Of a stretch of DNA of 64,000 nt, positions 26,538 to 38,739 are shown piece after piece. The translations under genes were made by a program, and so were the position numbers. Position 1 is the first letter of the stretch, and every line of letters starts with the position of its first letter. The notes beneath the pieces were generated by a model, which was not told the origin of the DNA, ran no database searches, and was given only the letters and a program-made list of their open reading frames with translations. This DNA comes from Oikopleura dioica (Eukaryota; Animalia; Chordata): assembly GCA_907165135.1 (NCBI GenBank), contig OU015566.1, positions 7,068,001 through 7,132,000 on the forward strand. The letters are read 5' to 3'.

Positions 26538-26708
26538 TTTTATCTGAATAATTTGGATGCACAGAGATTTTTACAATTAGTCAAAGTGTTGTTCAAATAC
26601 AGTGATGGAAAGTCTGTTTGCATTCTCATTACTTCTTCCAGAACAAAGAAGACTTTGTCATATTCTTTCCTAGCGAAAAATTACTCCGTCAATCGAATTT
26701 CTTGTGGT

Positions 26709-26978
26709 TCATTTTGTAAAGAGTTCTTCGTAAGATGGCGGCAAATCGACCTCTATTCTGACATCAATGTTGTTTTCTTCTGATTCAGTTTGATGTTGCT
26801 CGGAAACAGTTAATTCCCCGTCTCTGTTTTCCAGTCCTTGGTCAATATCTCTAGGTGCGATTTCCGCCCGACTCTTCTGTCGATATGAGTTAAACCAGCG
26901 TTTACAAAGAATCAGAGCAATTAAGAATAAGTACAGCGCAAAAAAGACCAGAAAAATTTGCACCCCTGATAACCCCAT
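26709..26978 (-). CDS. Single-pass membrane microprotein with PPSY motif (paralog 4)
   Basis: 89 aa: TM, LCKRW, acidic tail, EVDLPPSYEELF. Confidence 0.7.
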   Translation of the reverse strand: MGLSGVQIFLVFFALYLFLIALILCKRWFNSYRQKSRAEIAPRDIDQGLENRDGELTVSEQHQTESEENNIDVRIEVDLPPSYEELFTK

Positions 26979-27854
26979 TTTCAGTTCTCTCAGTTAAAAT
27001 CGTCAATTTTTATATGGAAGTTCTGGTTTTTCAAACGAAAATAAACAATGTTTATTTTGTTTGTTTTGTTCATAAAAATCATTTTCAAACTGCATGATCG
27101 CAGGAGGAGCTACTTTTTTCAATTGAAAGATGATGGTTGTGGAAAGAAATCTTCGAAATCAGCTGTTTGATTTTCTGAAAAATCGATGCAACGTTACCGG
27201 TTAGATGAGGTTCACCGCAAACACCTTGGGTTGTATTTGCTCTCGCTAAACGCGTTTTTCGCGCTCTTTTCAACTTCAAACATTATCCAACTTATTAAAT
27301 ATCCAACTTATTCATTTTCGCTGAACGCAATTATAACACCTTATCTTCTTGTTTTCTTCGTCTTGCCAGACAAAAACAAAAACATGTGTTTCAATCAATT
27401 TTTCAACGAAGAAACATCTAAAAAGTCCGAGCAAACAACAACACGTTTCTAAATAATAGCAAAACAGCTTTATCGTAATAATCTTTTGTCTCTCTTTTGA
27501 TTTTGAGCAATTGGTCAATCCGGGATAAGTATAATTCCGGATCTGATAAGCAGCCGGAAAGTGACCTCAGCAGGAGACCTTCTATCGCTGTCTTATCAGC
27601 TGAGTTCTTATCGACGCGAGATTTGGACTACGCCTCGGATTGGCCATAACACAGCAGAAATTTGATTATCGATAATATTTATTCCTTCTTAGGCAAATCA
27701 TAAAAAGGATTTATTCTACTTATTTCAATGCCAGAAATTATTATTTTCTTCTGATAACAATAAAGTTATTCAAGAATTAAATGCTCATAAATAACAGTGA
27801 GAACTCTCAATTTAATTGAAAATACACAGAAAATAAGACTTATCGATGTTTTGT

Positions 27855-29557
27855 TTATAAAAATCCGATATCTCCAGCATCTACTGTATAGCAGAAATCA
27901 TCACATGGATCGGAGCACTGAGAGGGCAACGATACAAATAGGGTTGGTTTGGGACATGGTCCAGCATGATAATTGATAATTGCAGTCGATAAAATTGAGT
28001 TGCCATCCCATTTCATTGATTCAACTGCGTTAAGCTCGCTTGAAATTTCGTCAAATATAAAGTAAGTAGAAAATTGATTTAAAACCTCATATATCCGTTT
28101 GCGATTATTATATTCGCATCATTATATATCATGGACGCCAACTTATAATCCTAAAAAACCAATCGGATGCAAATTAAGCCTTAATTACTAACCGAATGAA
28201 GTATCCCGACAATTGACCAAATTCCTTCTCGTCCAAAATAAACGTTTCTATTGTAAATATAACCTACATTCACTTCTTCGCCTAAGAGACCACCAGCAAG
28301 GATGATTCCATTTCTAACTGAAACACAGCTATGCTGTTCGATTTTTTTCGGAAAAGGGGCAACCTCGCTCCAATCACTAAAATTTTTCTTTCTCAAATAC
28401 GGAGAGATATTTATTGAAGCTAAATAATTGATACTTGCCCATCGAACAGTATTTCTGTTTGTGGTCCTGAAACGCCAGCGATAATAGTTGCTTTATCGTC
28501 ATAAGCCGCCATGCAGGCTCCGTTATGATAAAAAATTGTACTTGATATTTGACTTGTACTTTCACCGTTAAAAACTTCACAATTCATAACTCTATAGCCG
28601 TCTGAACAAAGAATAATTTCGTTTGAAAATGGCATCTCAACAAGGGAATCCCCTTCCGCGTAGAAATCATTGACAAGACGCGAACTTATTCTTTCGATGG
28701 AGCATTCATTCAATTTTCCAATCTGTGATTATAATTTTATGTAAAGCAAAAATATGAGTTACTTACCGCGCGAGCGTCCCATCCTCCGCCAAAGAAAAAC
28801 ATTTGACCATTTAGAAGTGAGTGTCCTGAATTGAAGAAAATAAAAAGATGAGGCTCATATTTTGATATTTCTGATTGAAAGTATCTGTCGCCCTAGAATC
28901 ATTCATGAAAATGTCGAAGAAAAAACGATGTACCGCTAAAGTGCCAGAAGGAGTTATAGCATAACTGAAGCTTGGGTCACCTTGACACATTATAGTGATT
29001 TCTTTCTCGCAAGCGTACCCATCGGTGCAAGGACATCCCTCTGCACATCTCTCCATACAGGGACATTTATCGGTCGAAACAGAATATTTCCAAGAACAAT
29101 CATCGTGGCATGATTTTTCAATACTGCAATTTTTAACGCATGAGTCGAAAATGGAACTTGCTTCCGAAATACATTGTTCGTAACTTATTCTGTTTGTCTC
29201 TAATTCCATACAGCTTTTGCAAATGTCATTCGGACAATTTTCACATCCATCAGGGCATTTGATAAAACAAGGGCACGAGTCAGTACAGTCTGGAAAAAAT
29301 AAGCTTTCTGATATAAAAATCAATCGAACAAACCTACAAACTCCCGAAGACATGAGTGCTCACAATTTGTAGAATCACAAGCTTCATGGCAGCTTTTGAA
29401 CTCATCCTGACAATTTTTATCGCATTTCTCTGCAAGTTCTTTATCTTCATCCCTTCAAAAAATATTAACAGACGTAAGTAAAGAAAATTATAAACGAGCA
29501 ATCGGGGTTTATTTGCGCCCAGGCACCAATGATGAGAAAAAATAGTAATTTTTTCAT
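27855..29557 (-). CDS. Secreted Cys-rich protein with C-terminal kelch-like beta-propeller repeats
   Basis: Signal peptide MKKLLFFLIIGAW; Cys-rich blocks (CDKNCQDEFKSCHEACDSTNCEHSC, CPCFIKCPDGCENC, CPCMERCAEGCPC); kelch-like segments (HNGACMAAYDDKATIIAG, QHSCVSVRNGIILAGG). Several internal junctions are unresolved. Confidence 0.6.
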
Positions 29558-30482
29558 TTTCTCTCTTTAAAAGCTTTTTTGAGCTCGTTTCCTACAAACA
29601 TTCGCAAATGTCAAACGCATACCGAATATTTGAAATTTGTTCTTGTCAAGTAACGTTACTCAAGTTAGAACTTGTCAGATCCGTGCGATTGTACATGAGC
29701 CGGATAGTAAATCATCCGAATCTGGGAAGAAGCGGAAGAGCTTCCACGTGAGGCAAGGAAACACTTTTGTTTGATTACATAATAGCTCGATAGCTTGGTT
29801 GCAAATCGGAACTCAGCATTCTTGAGTTCTTAAAAAATTAACCTCAGCTTTTCATTTCTTCTCAGAAAAATCCGATCCACGACCAAAAAACTGATCAAAG
29901 GCGGCACTTGATTATCTCATTCATGTTTTTCCAGCTGAATAAATTTGGCTCCAAAAAGATCCATTATGAAAAGAAAAACTTTTTACGTCACATGTTTTGG
30001 TCGTAAAAATCCCTCGCCGCGGCGCGTATCTTCCGTATTATTTTTACAATTTTCGCGTTGAGTGATTTCAAAACTAATTTGAAATGAGTTTTCTAAAGAC
30101 TTTTCTCGTCAGGGGTGCAATTCTCGTAGTTTTTGGCTATGTTTGCAGGTGTACTTTTGAGAACGTCCTGATGATCCGGAGCTTTTTTCGAGAAGAGCTT
30201 TTACTGAGAAAGGACTTGTTCCAAGAAGCGATCAAAATGGAGAGGAAAATGGAAATGCTGGATCCAGGTACTCTTTTTCTTCGGCAAATAGAGAATTTTC
30301 TGTGAGGGTCACCATTGTGATTTCAAGCTGGCCTTCTGACACTCTTAAAAATAAATACCGACAAATATCTTACAAAGTCATGTTTCTAGCCGCAAAGTAT
30401 AAGAAACTTTCAAAAAGCCATGTCTGAGGAACTTATTTCTATTTTGATTAATTTGTCTAAATTTTCTCGTATACAGAAATTA

Positions 30483-31066
30483 TTATCTTTTGGCATTTTT
30501 CCGCTTGTAAATTCTAGTAGCCGTAATATTCTTGTCTAACATCTTCATTCGATGAATTAGCTTCCCGTCCATAATTTTAAGACTCTGCTCGACGGGCCCT
30601 TCGGAACCACCTGAAGCGTTTATTCAGAGGGGAATTTCATGCGCTTCTTACCTTTTGTTTGAAGAATGATTTCCATCTCGTTCTGGGTAACCTCGGGAAC
30701 AGACTTAACTGACTCGTCCGTTGGGTTCTTGTGCTTGTATTCTTCATCTAAACGCAGCGGAATCTTGATCGGAAATGGCGAAATTGACAAATAAATTTTC
30801 GCGAGATATGAGTTTTCAGCAAGTTTGATGTATTCAACATCCGGTTTCATCTTTTTCGCGAAAATTGTATACATCATCCCGCCTTTTTCGTTGTCAATGT
30901 ATTCAGCGACATTGTCGGAATCGATCAGCTCCCAGCGGCCGATTATTGCTTCACGGATCTGAAAATAGCGAGTAGTTTTTTTTTCATAAAATTTTTCGTT
31001 ACTTACCGTTTCCGAAGCAACGCTAGTTAAAGCGATGGTCTGAATGAAAAATTTTGAAAATTTCAT
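30483..31066 (-). CDS. Fatty-acid-binding protein (calycin/FABP fold) with an N-terminal signal-peptide-like extension
   Basis: Exons at about 31007-31066, 30652-30958 and 30483-30610 (48- and 41-bp GT-AG introns). FABP motifs IIGRWELIDSDNVAEY and C-terminal TATRIYKR. Confidence 0.75.
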
Positions 31067-31540
31067 TTTTATTCAATTTTTCTTTTTCACATCGGTAAGA
31101 GGCAGTTTATATGCTTTAGCTGTGGCGATAGCGACTGTTTGACAGTCAGGAGGGTTCATCGGCTAGACGGCTACTTATGGACCTGTTTTTCTTCAAATAA
31201 ACCTGACACAGTATTTGACCTCAAACAAAGTAAACTCATAGTCGAGAGTTCATGAACAGCGTAAGCTTGTATAAGACCTGCATAATAAGCGAACTCGTAT
31301 GTTCTAAAGAAACCATCATCTCGGCGATTTTTCTAGCACACTGTAACCTGCCTCGCTATCTTGAACTTTGAGATACAGTCACGGAAGTTCAAATCATGAA
31401 ATTCACCCTCCAAACTTTTAAAATGAGTTCACTGAACTCAAACAAACGCAGCTTGAACTCGAGTTCGCCGAAGACCAAAAAGTGCCCCTCTTCAAAAAAT
31501 ACTTCAGCTGAAGAAAAATTTTCGCTAATCAAAATTTAAG

Positions 31541-32658
31541 GTCTGGATGGCGTCGACGAAAACATCGTTCCGTTGTTCTCCTGCCCCGAAATAGACTGCA
31601 GATCTGGCTTTCCCTACTACATTGAATCCGGACGTGGCTCCATCATTGGTTACGGATTAAAAATTATCTTCTTATTGATAGAACATCTTTGAATTATGTT
31701 TAAAACAATGGCGCCTACTGGGAAATCACTAATTAGGGGGAGCAAGGACAATTTAATATAGCAACGTGAAGCTTGTTTTCGAGTATTTGGCAAATAGGAA
31801 CGCAAAATAGTTGGCTTTCTTTGATTTCACTGCATTTTGTTCATTGTTGTAACCGAAACAAGTCCCCGGATGTGTCTCAACGGCCGGCTCATTGCAGCGA
31901 CAAAGGTTTGAGCAAGAATGACACGTTTTTCAATAAGTACCGTAGTATTAGTAAGAGTTAGCTCAATCAGAGCTTCTTAATTTTAATTGCCAATTATAAG
32001 ACGCGTAGATTTTTTTCAATAATTGATTCTTTCAAAAGTAGGTTATGAAAATACCTTCTTTTTTGCCGCGTTTTTCGATGGAATTCTTGATAAAGAACTT
32101 AAGAGCTTTTTCAGCTTGGAAACGTGCATCGTGGACTGAACGTATTAATCTTTGACAAAGAAACGGGCAGCTCGAGGGTCAATACCTTCGATTTTTACAG
32201 CGACCCCGACGCGAGCTCTAAGCTTGCCAGCTTATTGAGGCCAGTCAAAGGAGTTGGTTAGGATCAAGCCTCAATTACTGTTTTTAATAAACTTCAGGTC
32301 CTATTTCAAAAATTTTCGATTAGAAATCGACAATTTAGGAAAGATATCGATGGTTAATCAACAATTTAGGGAAAACTCTAACCCTAACCCTAACCTCAAA
32401 AAAGCCGAAGTAGTAGTAATGGCCGTCTTCGACGATGGCAGCGCTAGAATGAGCCAAGATCTTCGAAGACAAATCCAAAACATGGGCAGCAAAAACATCA
32501 CCTCCTTGGCGTTTCGAGACAGCTGGGCCTTCGTTGGTGCAAAACCTGGAATGGGCAAAATTGCGAATGAAAGAATCAACCCCGCCGCTGGTTCCAGCGA
32601 TAAGTACTTTGGCTGGCCAAAAGAAGTCGCCATTTCTGGCTGCATTCCGAAGTTTTGA
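31541..32658 (+). CDS. FAM3/ILEI (GG-type lectin-like) domain protein, 5' end not resolved
   Basis: Exons at about 31541-31648, 31863-31907, 32114-32238 and about 32404-32658. SGRGSIIGPRMCLNG, GNVHRGLNVLIFD, VMAVFDDGS, LAFRDSWAFVG and KYFGWPKEVAISGCIP match FAM3C-type motifs. Confidence 0.8.
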
Positions 32659-35600
32659 AGAACAAGCTCACCCGCATCTTTTGTCCTTGTCGCGAACGCT
32701 AGAATGCCAAATAAGAATCAGATCTCAAGAAGAATCTGATGAATTGTTAAGAACTTGATGTTTTTTCTTGCTCTTTCCGAATAAATATAAATATTCAACA
32801 CAATCTCCGATTCATTTATTTTCATTTCTAGCGCCGTAAACGGTTCTTTGTGGCGGCTAGACTGGTGCTTGGTTACTTGGAATTTTTGTACGAATATATT
32901 TTTTAGAAACAGTGCTGCTTGGAAAAAGGAGCTTGTGAAGAGCCAAATTTGTCATTTTCGCGTATTTGTCAGTGCGACATGAATTCTAAATGAATTTAGA
33001 TGTGGCTGATAAATTGGCGGCGTTTCAAGGGTAGATTTAAGCAGATTATCTTGTCTGTTCCTCAAGCAGGTGGTTAAAGTCTATGCAAATAAAATGGGAA
33101 CAAAAATGCCACGAGTAACTCGAATTTTGTCGAATTTTTTTTTTGAAATCTTATTGGCTTACGGGCCAAATGCGGGGATCTGATTAGTCTAAACTTTGAT
33201 CGAACTTTTGGTCAGAATTTATTCCACAGTTTTCAACAGACAATCAGAGTTCATGCTCGTAAAAGATTAAAGTACAGATTGTCAGATTGAGAATTATTTC
33301 TCGCTCATTTGATGTCGAGTTTAATCTATTCTGGACGATTTTGAGAGGACATAAATTATGTGACATGATTAAGTGCTCGGACATATCGCCTATTCTGTAG
33401 TTGTTGGAAGTTGAAAGTGGGATACCGCGAGAAGAAGGAAGGCTGGCCATTTAATTTTAATCGTCCAGCCCGCGGCCAAGTAACTTGTGGCCTCAAGCGC
33501 GAACATATTTTCAATCTGTCGCGAACAAGACATTTAGCAAGAAAAATTAACGACAGACAAATAAGAGCCTTTTTGTTATTTTTTTTCTCTCTCTGAGACC
33601 AGAGATCGCAGAGAAAAGACGGAGAATCGAAAGAAATAGACAGAGAAAAAAGATGGAATCAACGGAAAAAGTCATGCGAGAATTAACAAGGTAACTCTTC
33701 TTGAGCAATAATTCTCGAGCCTAAGAGCCTTTTATGATCGTCAAGACAAAATATGTAGACAAAATGCGCGAGTCCTCCCCATCTAAACTTTGATAAAGGC
33801 CAGGGATATGTCTATTTGAAATAGACTATTTCTTACTAAGAATAATCCTTCTTTAGCACAGGTCTGGACGAGGACTTATTAAACCTTCTGTTTTTTTCGT
33901 ACCTTGTTGTCTATCCTCAAGTTGAGGTTAAACTTTTGGACAGCAGCATCTTTCATTTAAAATTACTAAAATTGACCTACATTCTTCGATCGCCGTTCTA
34001 TTGATAAAAAACCTGTTGAACTCGATCTTGTTTTAGCATTTATTGAGCCATCAGTCCAATATCTGTCCTCAAAAAGGCAGTTCTGTCTCGTCTAAAAGTC
34101 ATTTTTCGCAGAGAAGATATAAAAATGGAGAGGATAAAATTCGAGTACCTTATTTCGTCTGAAAATCTTACTAACAGAGTGATTTTAGAATGCTGGAAGA
34201 AGAAGATATAAATCACTCAGAGCCAAATGAAATTTTTCTGCTGCTTTGGGTAAGAAATTATGATAAAGAAAGCGAGAGTTGCTCTTAGTCTTTAATCAAT
34301 TTTGAATAAGTTGTTGCTCGTTTATTCATTTATTATTTGCGATGAAAAATTGAAAAATTAATACAGTAGATCAAGTTGTAAGGCTAAATGAGTTCAGTTG
34401 TTCTCTCGATTATTGAAAAGCCAATATCAATTTAGGATTACATGATTGATAATTATAAAAATTAACTGTATATTCATCGAAAAATAGTGATGCGATTCCA
34501 AATCATCATATTTTTTTCTCTTATGAAGCGTCGAGAAAAACTTCACTTATTCTAATTAATTTTATACTTCGATATTTTCATCCGCAAGATAATTGGTCTT
34601 CTCAGTTTAATATAGTATCATATTATATAAGGCTTATATTCTAGTGCTTGATTTTGTTATTTGGTTCATTTTTCTGCCTGCTGCGAATAATATGCTGCTG
34701 GACGCACGATCCAGACCCGCGTCAAAAAGTACTGTCCTTCATTTAAAATTCAACCTCGTTTATTTTTTAAGCTGACAACTACAGTTTGACTTCGACTGAC
34801 GTGGAAGGTTGGTTCAGGAAAAAGATACAGATTCCCAGGAGAAATCAGAATTGCGGCGGCGGACTTTTCGCTCGAGGTGCCGGACGTAGTCTTCGATTCC
34901 ACTGTACATTAATTTTTATACTTTAAATACAAAAGAATAAGCATTCAGTGAGTTGTATCAATTATTTCCTGAAAACCAAGAGAAGTTCGAAAAACATAGG
35001 CAAGGCGATAAGAAGACCCAATCCAGCTTCATAGATATAGCTTATTCGGGTTCAAAAAACAGATATAAAGGAAAATTTGCGGGAAAAAATGAACTAACGC
35101 CCTTAATTCAGAGCTCAAAACGCTGCTTTTTTGATCCGCTTTATCAAATATAAACATGTCCAATAAACAGTAAGCCTTATTTTGATTATAAAGACTGGTT
35201 TCATCAGAAAGTACTTACTCTTTTTCATTCTTTATAACCATTCCTAAGCATATATAAACAACATATTTACGAAATGAAAGACTTTCGAAAATTATCGTCA
35301 TTGATGTTTCTCTCGATATCATAGTGTTTTTTTTTAATTATTTTTTATCAAAGAACTTTTTTTCTTTTGAAGATAAATTTATTGAAAGAACCCTAAACCG
35401 ATCTAACTATTGATCTCCATTGATACTTCTTAAAATTGTAAGGCTCAATAAAGAGTGTTCAAAACTGTAGCTTATCCACTGGAACACAGGCATCGTGAGT
35501 GGTTGAAATTCAGATTTTCTGGAAACGGTTCCGTTGTTAATTGGCGATGGTGTTAGACGAGTCACCCGCCGAGTGATAAGCCACGTGCTCGGCCCGTTAT

Positions 35601-35949
35601 CATAAATAGTAGAAGCAGTGTTCTAGCGCAATTTTCTGCACGTAAACCTTTGTGAACTTGGGAAAACAATTTATTTTATGCTCCAGCAAATGCTGACTCA
35701 TCTCATAAAACGTGCTAAGACTCGTGAGTCAAGAGGATGAGGATATTCCAGTGTAAATATTAACCCAAAGATTTCGTTGAATCAGTATAAGAGGAAATCT
35801 TTTCTGAACACCACAATTAAGAGGCCATGGGATGTGTCAGTGTAAACACTCTCTGACGATTGCTGTGCAAAATCGTGAGTCAAGATTGCAAAGTTTAGCG
35901 CGCAGAGAGAACAAATCGACGAAACTTTACTGAATGTCTTCTCAAAAAA

Positions 35950-38126
35950 AGGACCGATTTGATGAAGACATCACGTTGCAGCTTCCGAATGAAATTTACG
36001 TTCTTATTCCCGAAAATAAGAGGGATAAATTGGGCAAGAAAAAGCGAAATGTAAATTTTATCATTTTATCGAGAAAATTTCTTTCTGAGCTTTAATAAAA
36101 AATTGTAGAAAATTTGCAAGGAAACGAAATGCAAAATGTCTTCTGGAGAAAAAATCAGGAATGAAATAAGATTCAAACTTTCCGGACCTTCTTCCGCAAA
36201 AGTCGAACTTGCAAAAAATATGATTGCTGCTCATATTTTAGGTGACAAAAACTCGCAGGGAAAATCAACAAGAGCATCACTTGGAGAAAAAGCTAAAAAA
36301 GACAAAGAAAAAAAGGTTATTTAGATGGAAAGAATTCATGAATGATTATTAAGATTCAAAAACAATAGCCGTTCCCGCAATAACTGCATTCCAGCAAAAA
36401 TACAACGTCGTGGTAAAGCTAAACGGGGGCCAAATGACTATAGAAGGTTTTCCTCAAAATGTCGTATCCGCGGAGAAACACATTGAGTCAATAATACGAA
36501 CGAAAAAGCCTTTCGTCATTTCGAAGATAGTGTTGCCAACCGCGTTGATTGGCTTAATAATTGGAACAGATGGAAAAGTTAATATATCCTTTTTGCCAAA
36601 TAAGAATTTTTTATCAAGACACTTAAACGAATCCAGTCCGAGACACGCTGTCATATAGAAGTCTTGTCCAAGGAACATGGCAAGCCTGATGAGAATGACA
36701 CAACAACTGTCAAAATTGTTGGTGATAATCAGATTGATATTCTCAAAGCTAGAACTGCAATTTCAGAAGTTATTAATTCTACAAAAAAGGTAAACTTCAA
36801 TCTTCCCTCTTATTTTTAAAGCAAAGATGTAGACTTTGAAAACGCCGATGGACGTCAAGACTGAGAAATTTCTAACAGAACAATTTCAAAAATTAGAAAT
36901 TGAAAATAATGATGAAGACTTCCCAAAAAATGACGAAGATTCCCCTGTAGTCCATGAATCCCCCAAGACAAAGGTGGAGAAAAATGTTCTCTTCAAAAAT
37001 GATGAAGAGTCCCCTATAGTCAATGAAGCCCCGGAGACAGATGCCGAAAGAAAGGTTTTCATCAAAATTTACGAATTATGAATGTACTCACTACTGTATG
37101 CTTATTACAGATCTCTAGGCTTACCGGACTTAATTTCGGCACATTTTTCTAGCTTAATTTGGGGGTCATGTCACATATATTTAGAAAGCCCATGTCCTGA
37201 GCTTTCATTTGGGCACAGAATAAAGGGGTCTGAGTCATGCCCCCAAGGCAATTTATGGGACCGGAAGTCTCAATATAGGCACTAGAAGTCTTCAATCAAT
37301 TTTTTCGATACGTTTAGGAACTCCTGAGCCTTTAGGAACGGCTGGAATAGGAAGCTCAGACTGTGAGCTTTCTGTAGAGCCCATAAAATCTAGCTGCCCT
37401 TCGGTCTAGCGGCCTCTAGTGGTCAAAGAAGGTGAGAATATGGGTATTTTTCGACAGGAACCCGAAAGGAAATTTAAAAAAAACCTTCCGGTTCTACCGC
37501 GGTTCAATTACTAAAGACTCATATATTGTTTATAGTTGTTTTATAAATATAACAAGTAAGTTAAGAAGTCGGAAATTCGACTCGAAACCTGAAGATTCTC
37601 GACTTAAGCACTTATGAAGTCAACTTCTAGGGCCACAAGAGGGCGCTAGAGACGAGGGCAGCTAGATTTTATGGGCTTTACAGAAAGCTTAGAGTCTGAG
37701 CTTTCTATCCCAACCGCTCCTCAAGGCTCTTGAGCTCCTAAACACATCGAAAAAATCGATTGAAGAGTTCAAGTGCCTATTTTGGAACTTCCGGTCACAT
37801 AATTTGCCTTGGGGGCATGACCTTGACCCTTTGATATTGTGCCCAAATGAAAGCTCAGCTTCTGGGCTTTCTAAAGCTGTATCATAAGACCCCCCAACTA
37901 AGCTAGAAAAATCGGCCAAAAATCAGTCCGGTAAGCCTACAGATCTCTTTTCTAGATCGAATCAATCATAGAAGTTCCTCTTGACGTTTACTATGAGCGA
38001 AAGAACCCGAAGCTATTCGACGATTTGGAGAAGCTCAACAATGTTGAAATTTTCACTAAAAAAGATGAAGAATCGCGAATTGTTATGTTCAAAACAATTG
38101 GTTTACAGCTGGAAGTAGGATAATAG
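35950..38126 (+). CDS. Multi-KH-domain RNA-binding protein (boundaries approximate)
   Basis: KH-like segments: FKLSGPSSAKVELAKNMI, MTIEGFPQNVVSAEKHI, LPTALIGLIIGTDGK (GxxG loop), TTVKIVGDNQIDILKARTAI. Short introns, an acidic linker, and a last exon after the foldback element. Confidence 0.55.
37117..37938. mobile_element. Mutator-like foldback element with about 330-bp imperfect TIRs and a 10-bp TSD
   Basis: Starts AGGCTTACCGGACT and ends AGTCCGGTAAGCCT. ACAGATCTCT is duplicated at 37107-37116 and 37939-37948. Inserted just upstream of the intron acceptor. Confidence 0.8.
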
Positions 38127-38739
38127 TAAGCTTAAAAGAGCTCATTTAAGATTTTTCTAAGGTAAACTGGGTTGAAACTGTTTTGAAATCTTACTTTTCT
38201 GGAAACTCCGTTGATCTGAGCGAAGATATAGAAAAAAGGACTGAAGAATAAAAAATTCTGCTCGAACTTCTATTCAAATTTTATTAAAAATAACATAGAT
38301 GTCATGTAAACAAGAGTTGTATTGAGCTGGATGATGCGTGGCGCGTGAATTATGTGCATGACGAGCGAGGGAGTCCTGCCAGGTGCCGCTCAGCTCCCAT
38401 GAAAATTGACAAGCGGAAATGAACACACAAACCTAATCAATTCCATCAAGCTCACGTGAGCCTGGAACCAGCAACAAGGACACGTCACAGGCAGCCCAAC
38501 TGACAACTTTCTTTCAGCCAGTGACTTCCGTTAGAGGTTGAACTAGCGGCTAGGAAGTATTTTGAAGGCAATAATATCAACTTATTTTCGTATCAATAAG
38601 ATTTTCATGAGTTGAACTAGTCGAGGTCAAGAATTGAGCAATTGAAAAGTCGAGTGTGAGATAATCTCGCCATCGCTTCCCCGTCGAGTTCACAATTTTC
38701 CTTCTCAGCTGGAATCAAGTTTTATCCTCCTGAATTAGT

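Noticed and set aside
33595-33692. Segment IAEKRRRIERNRQRKKMES, resembling a thyroid-receptor T/A-box hinge
   Set aside because: No zinc-finger or ligand-binding-domain exons were found nearby. Basic/charged helices arise easily in AG-rich DNA.
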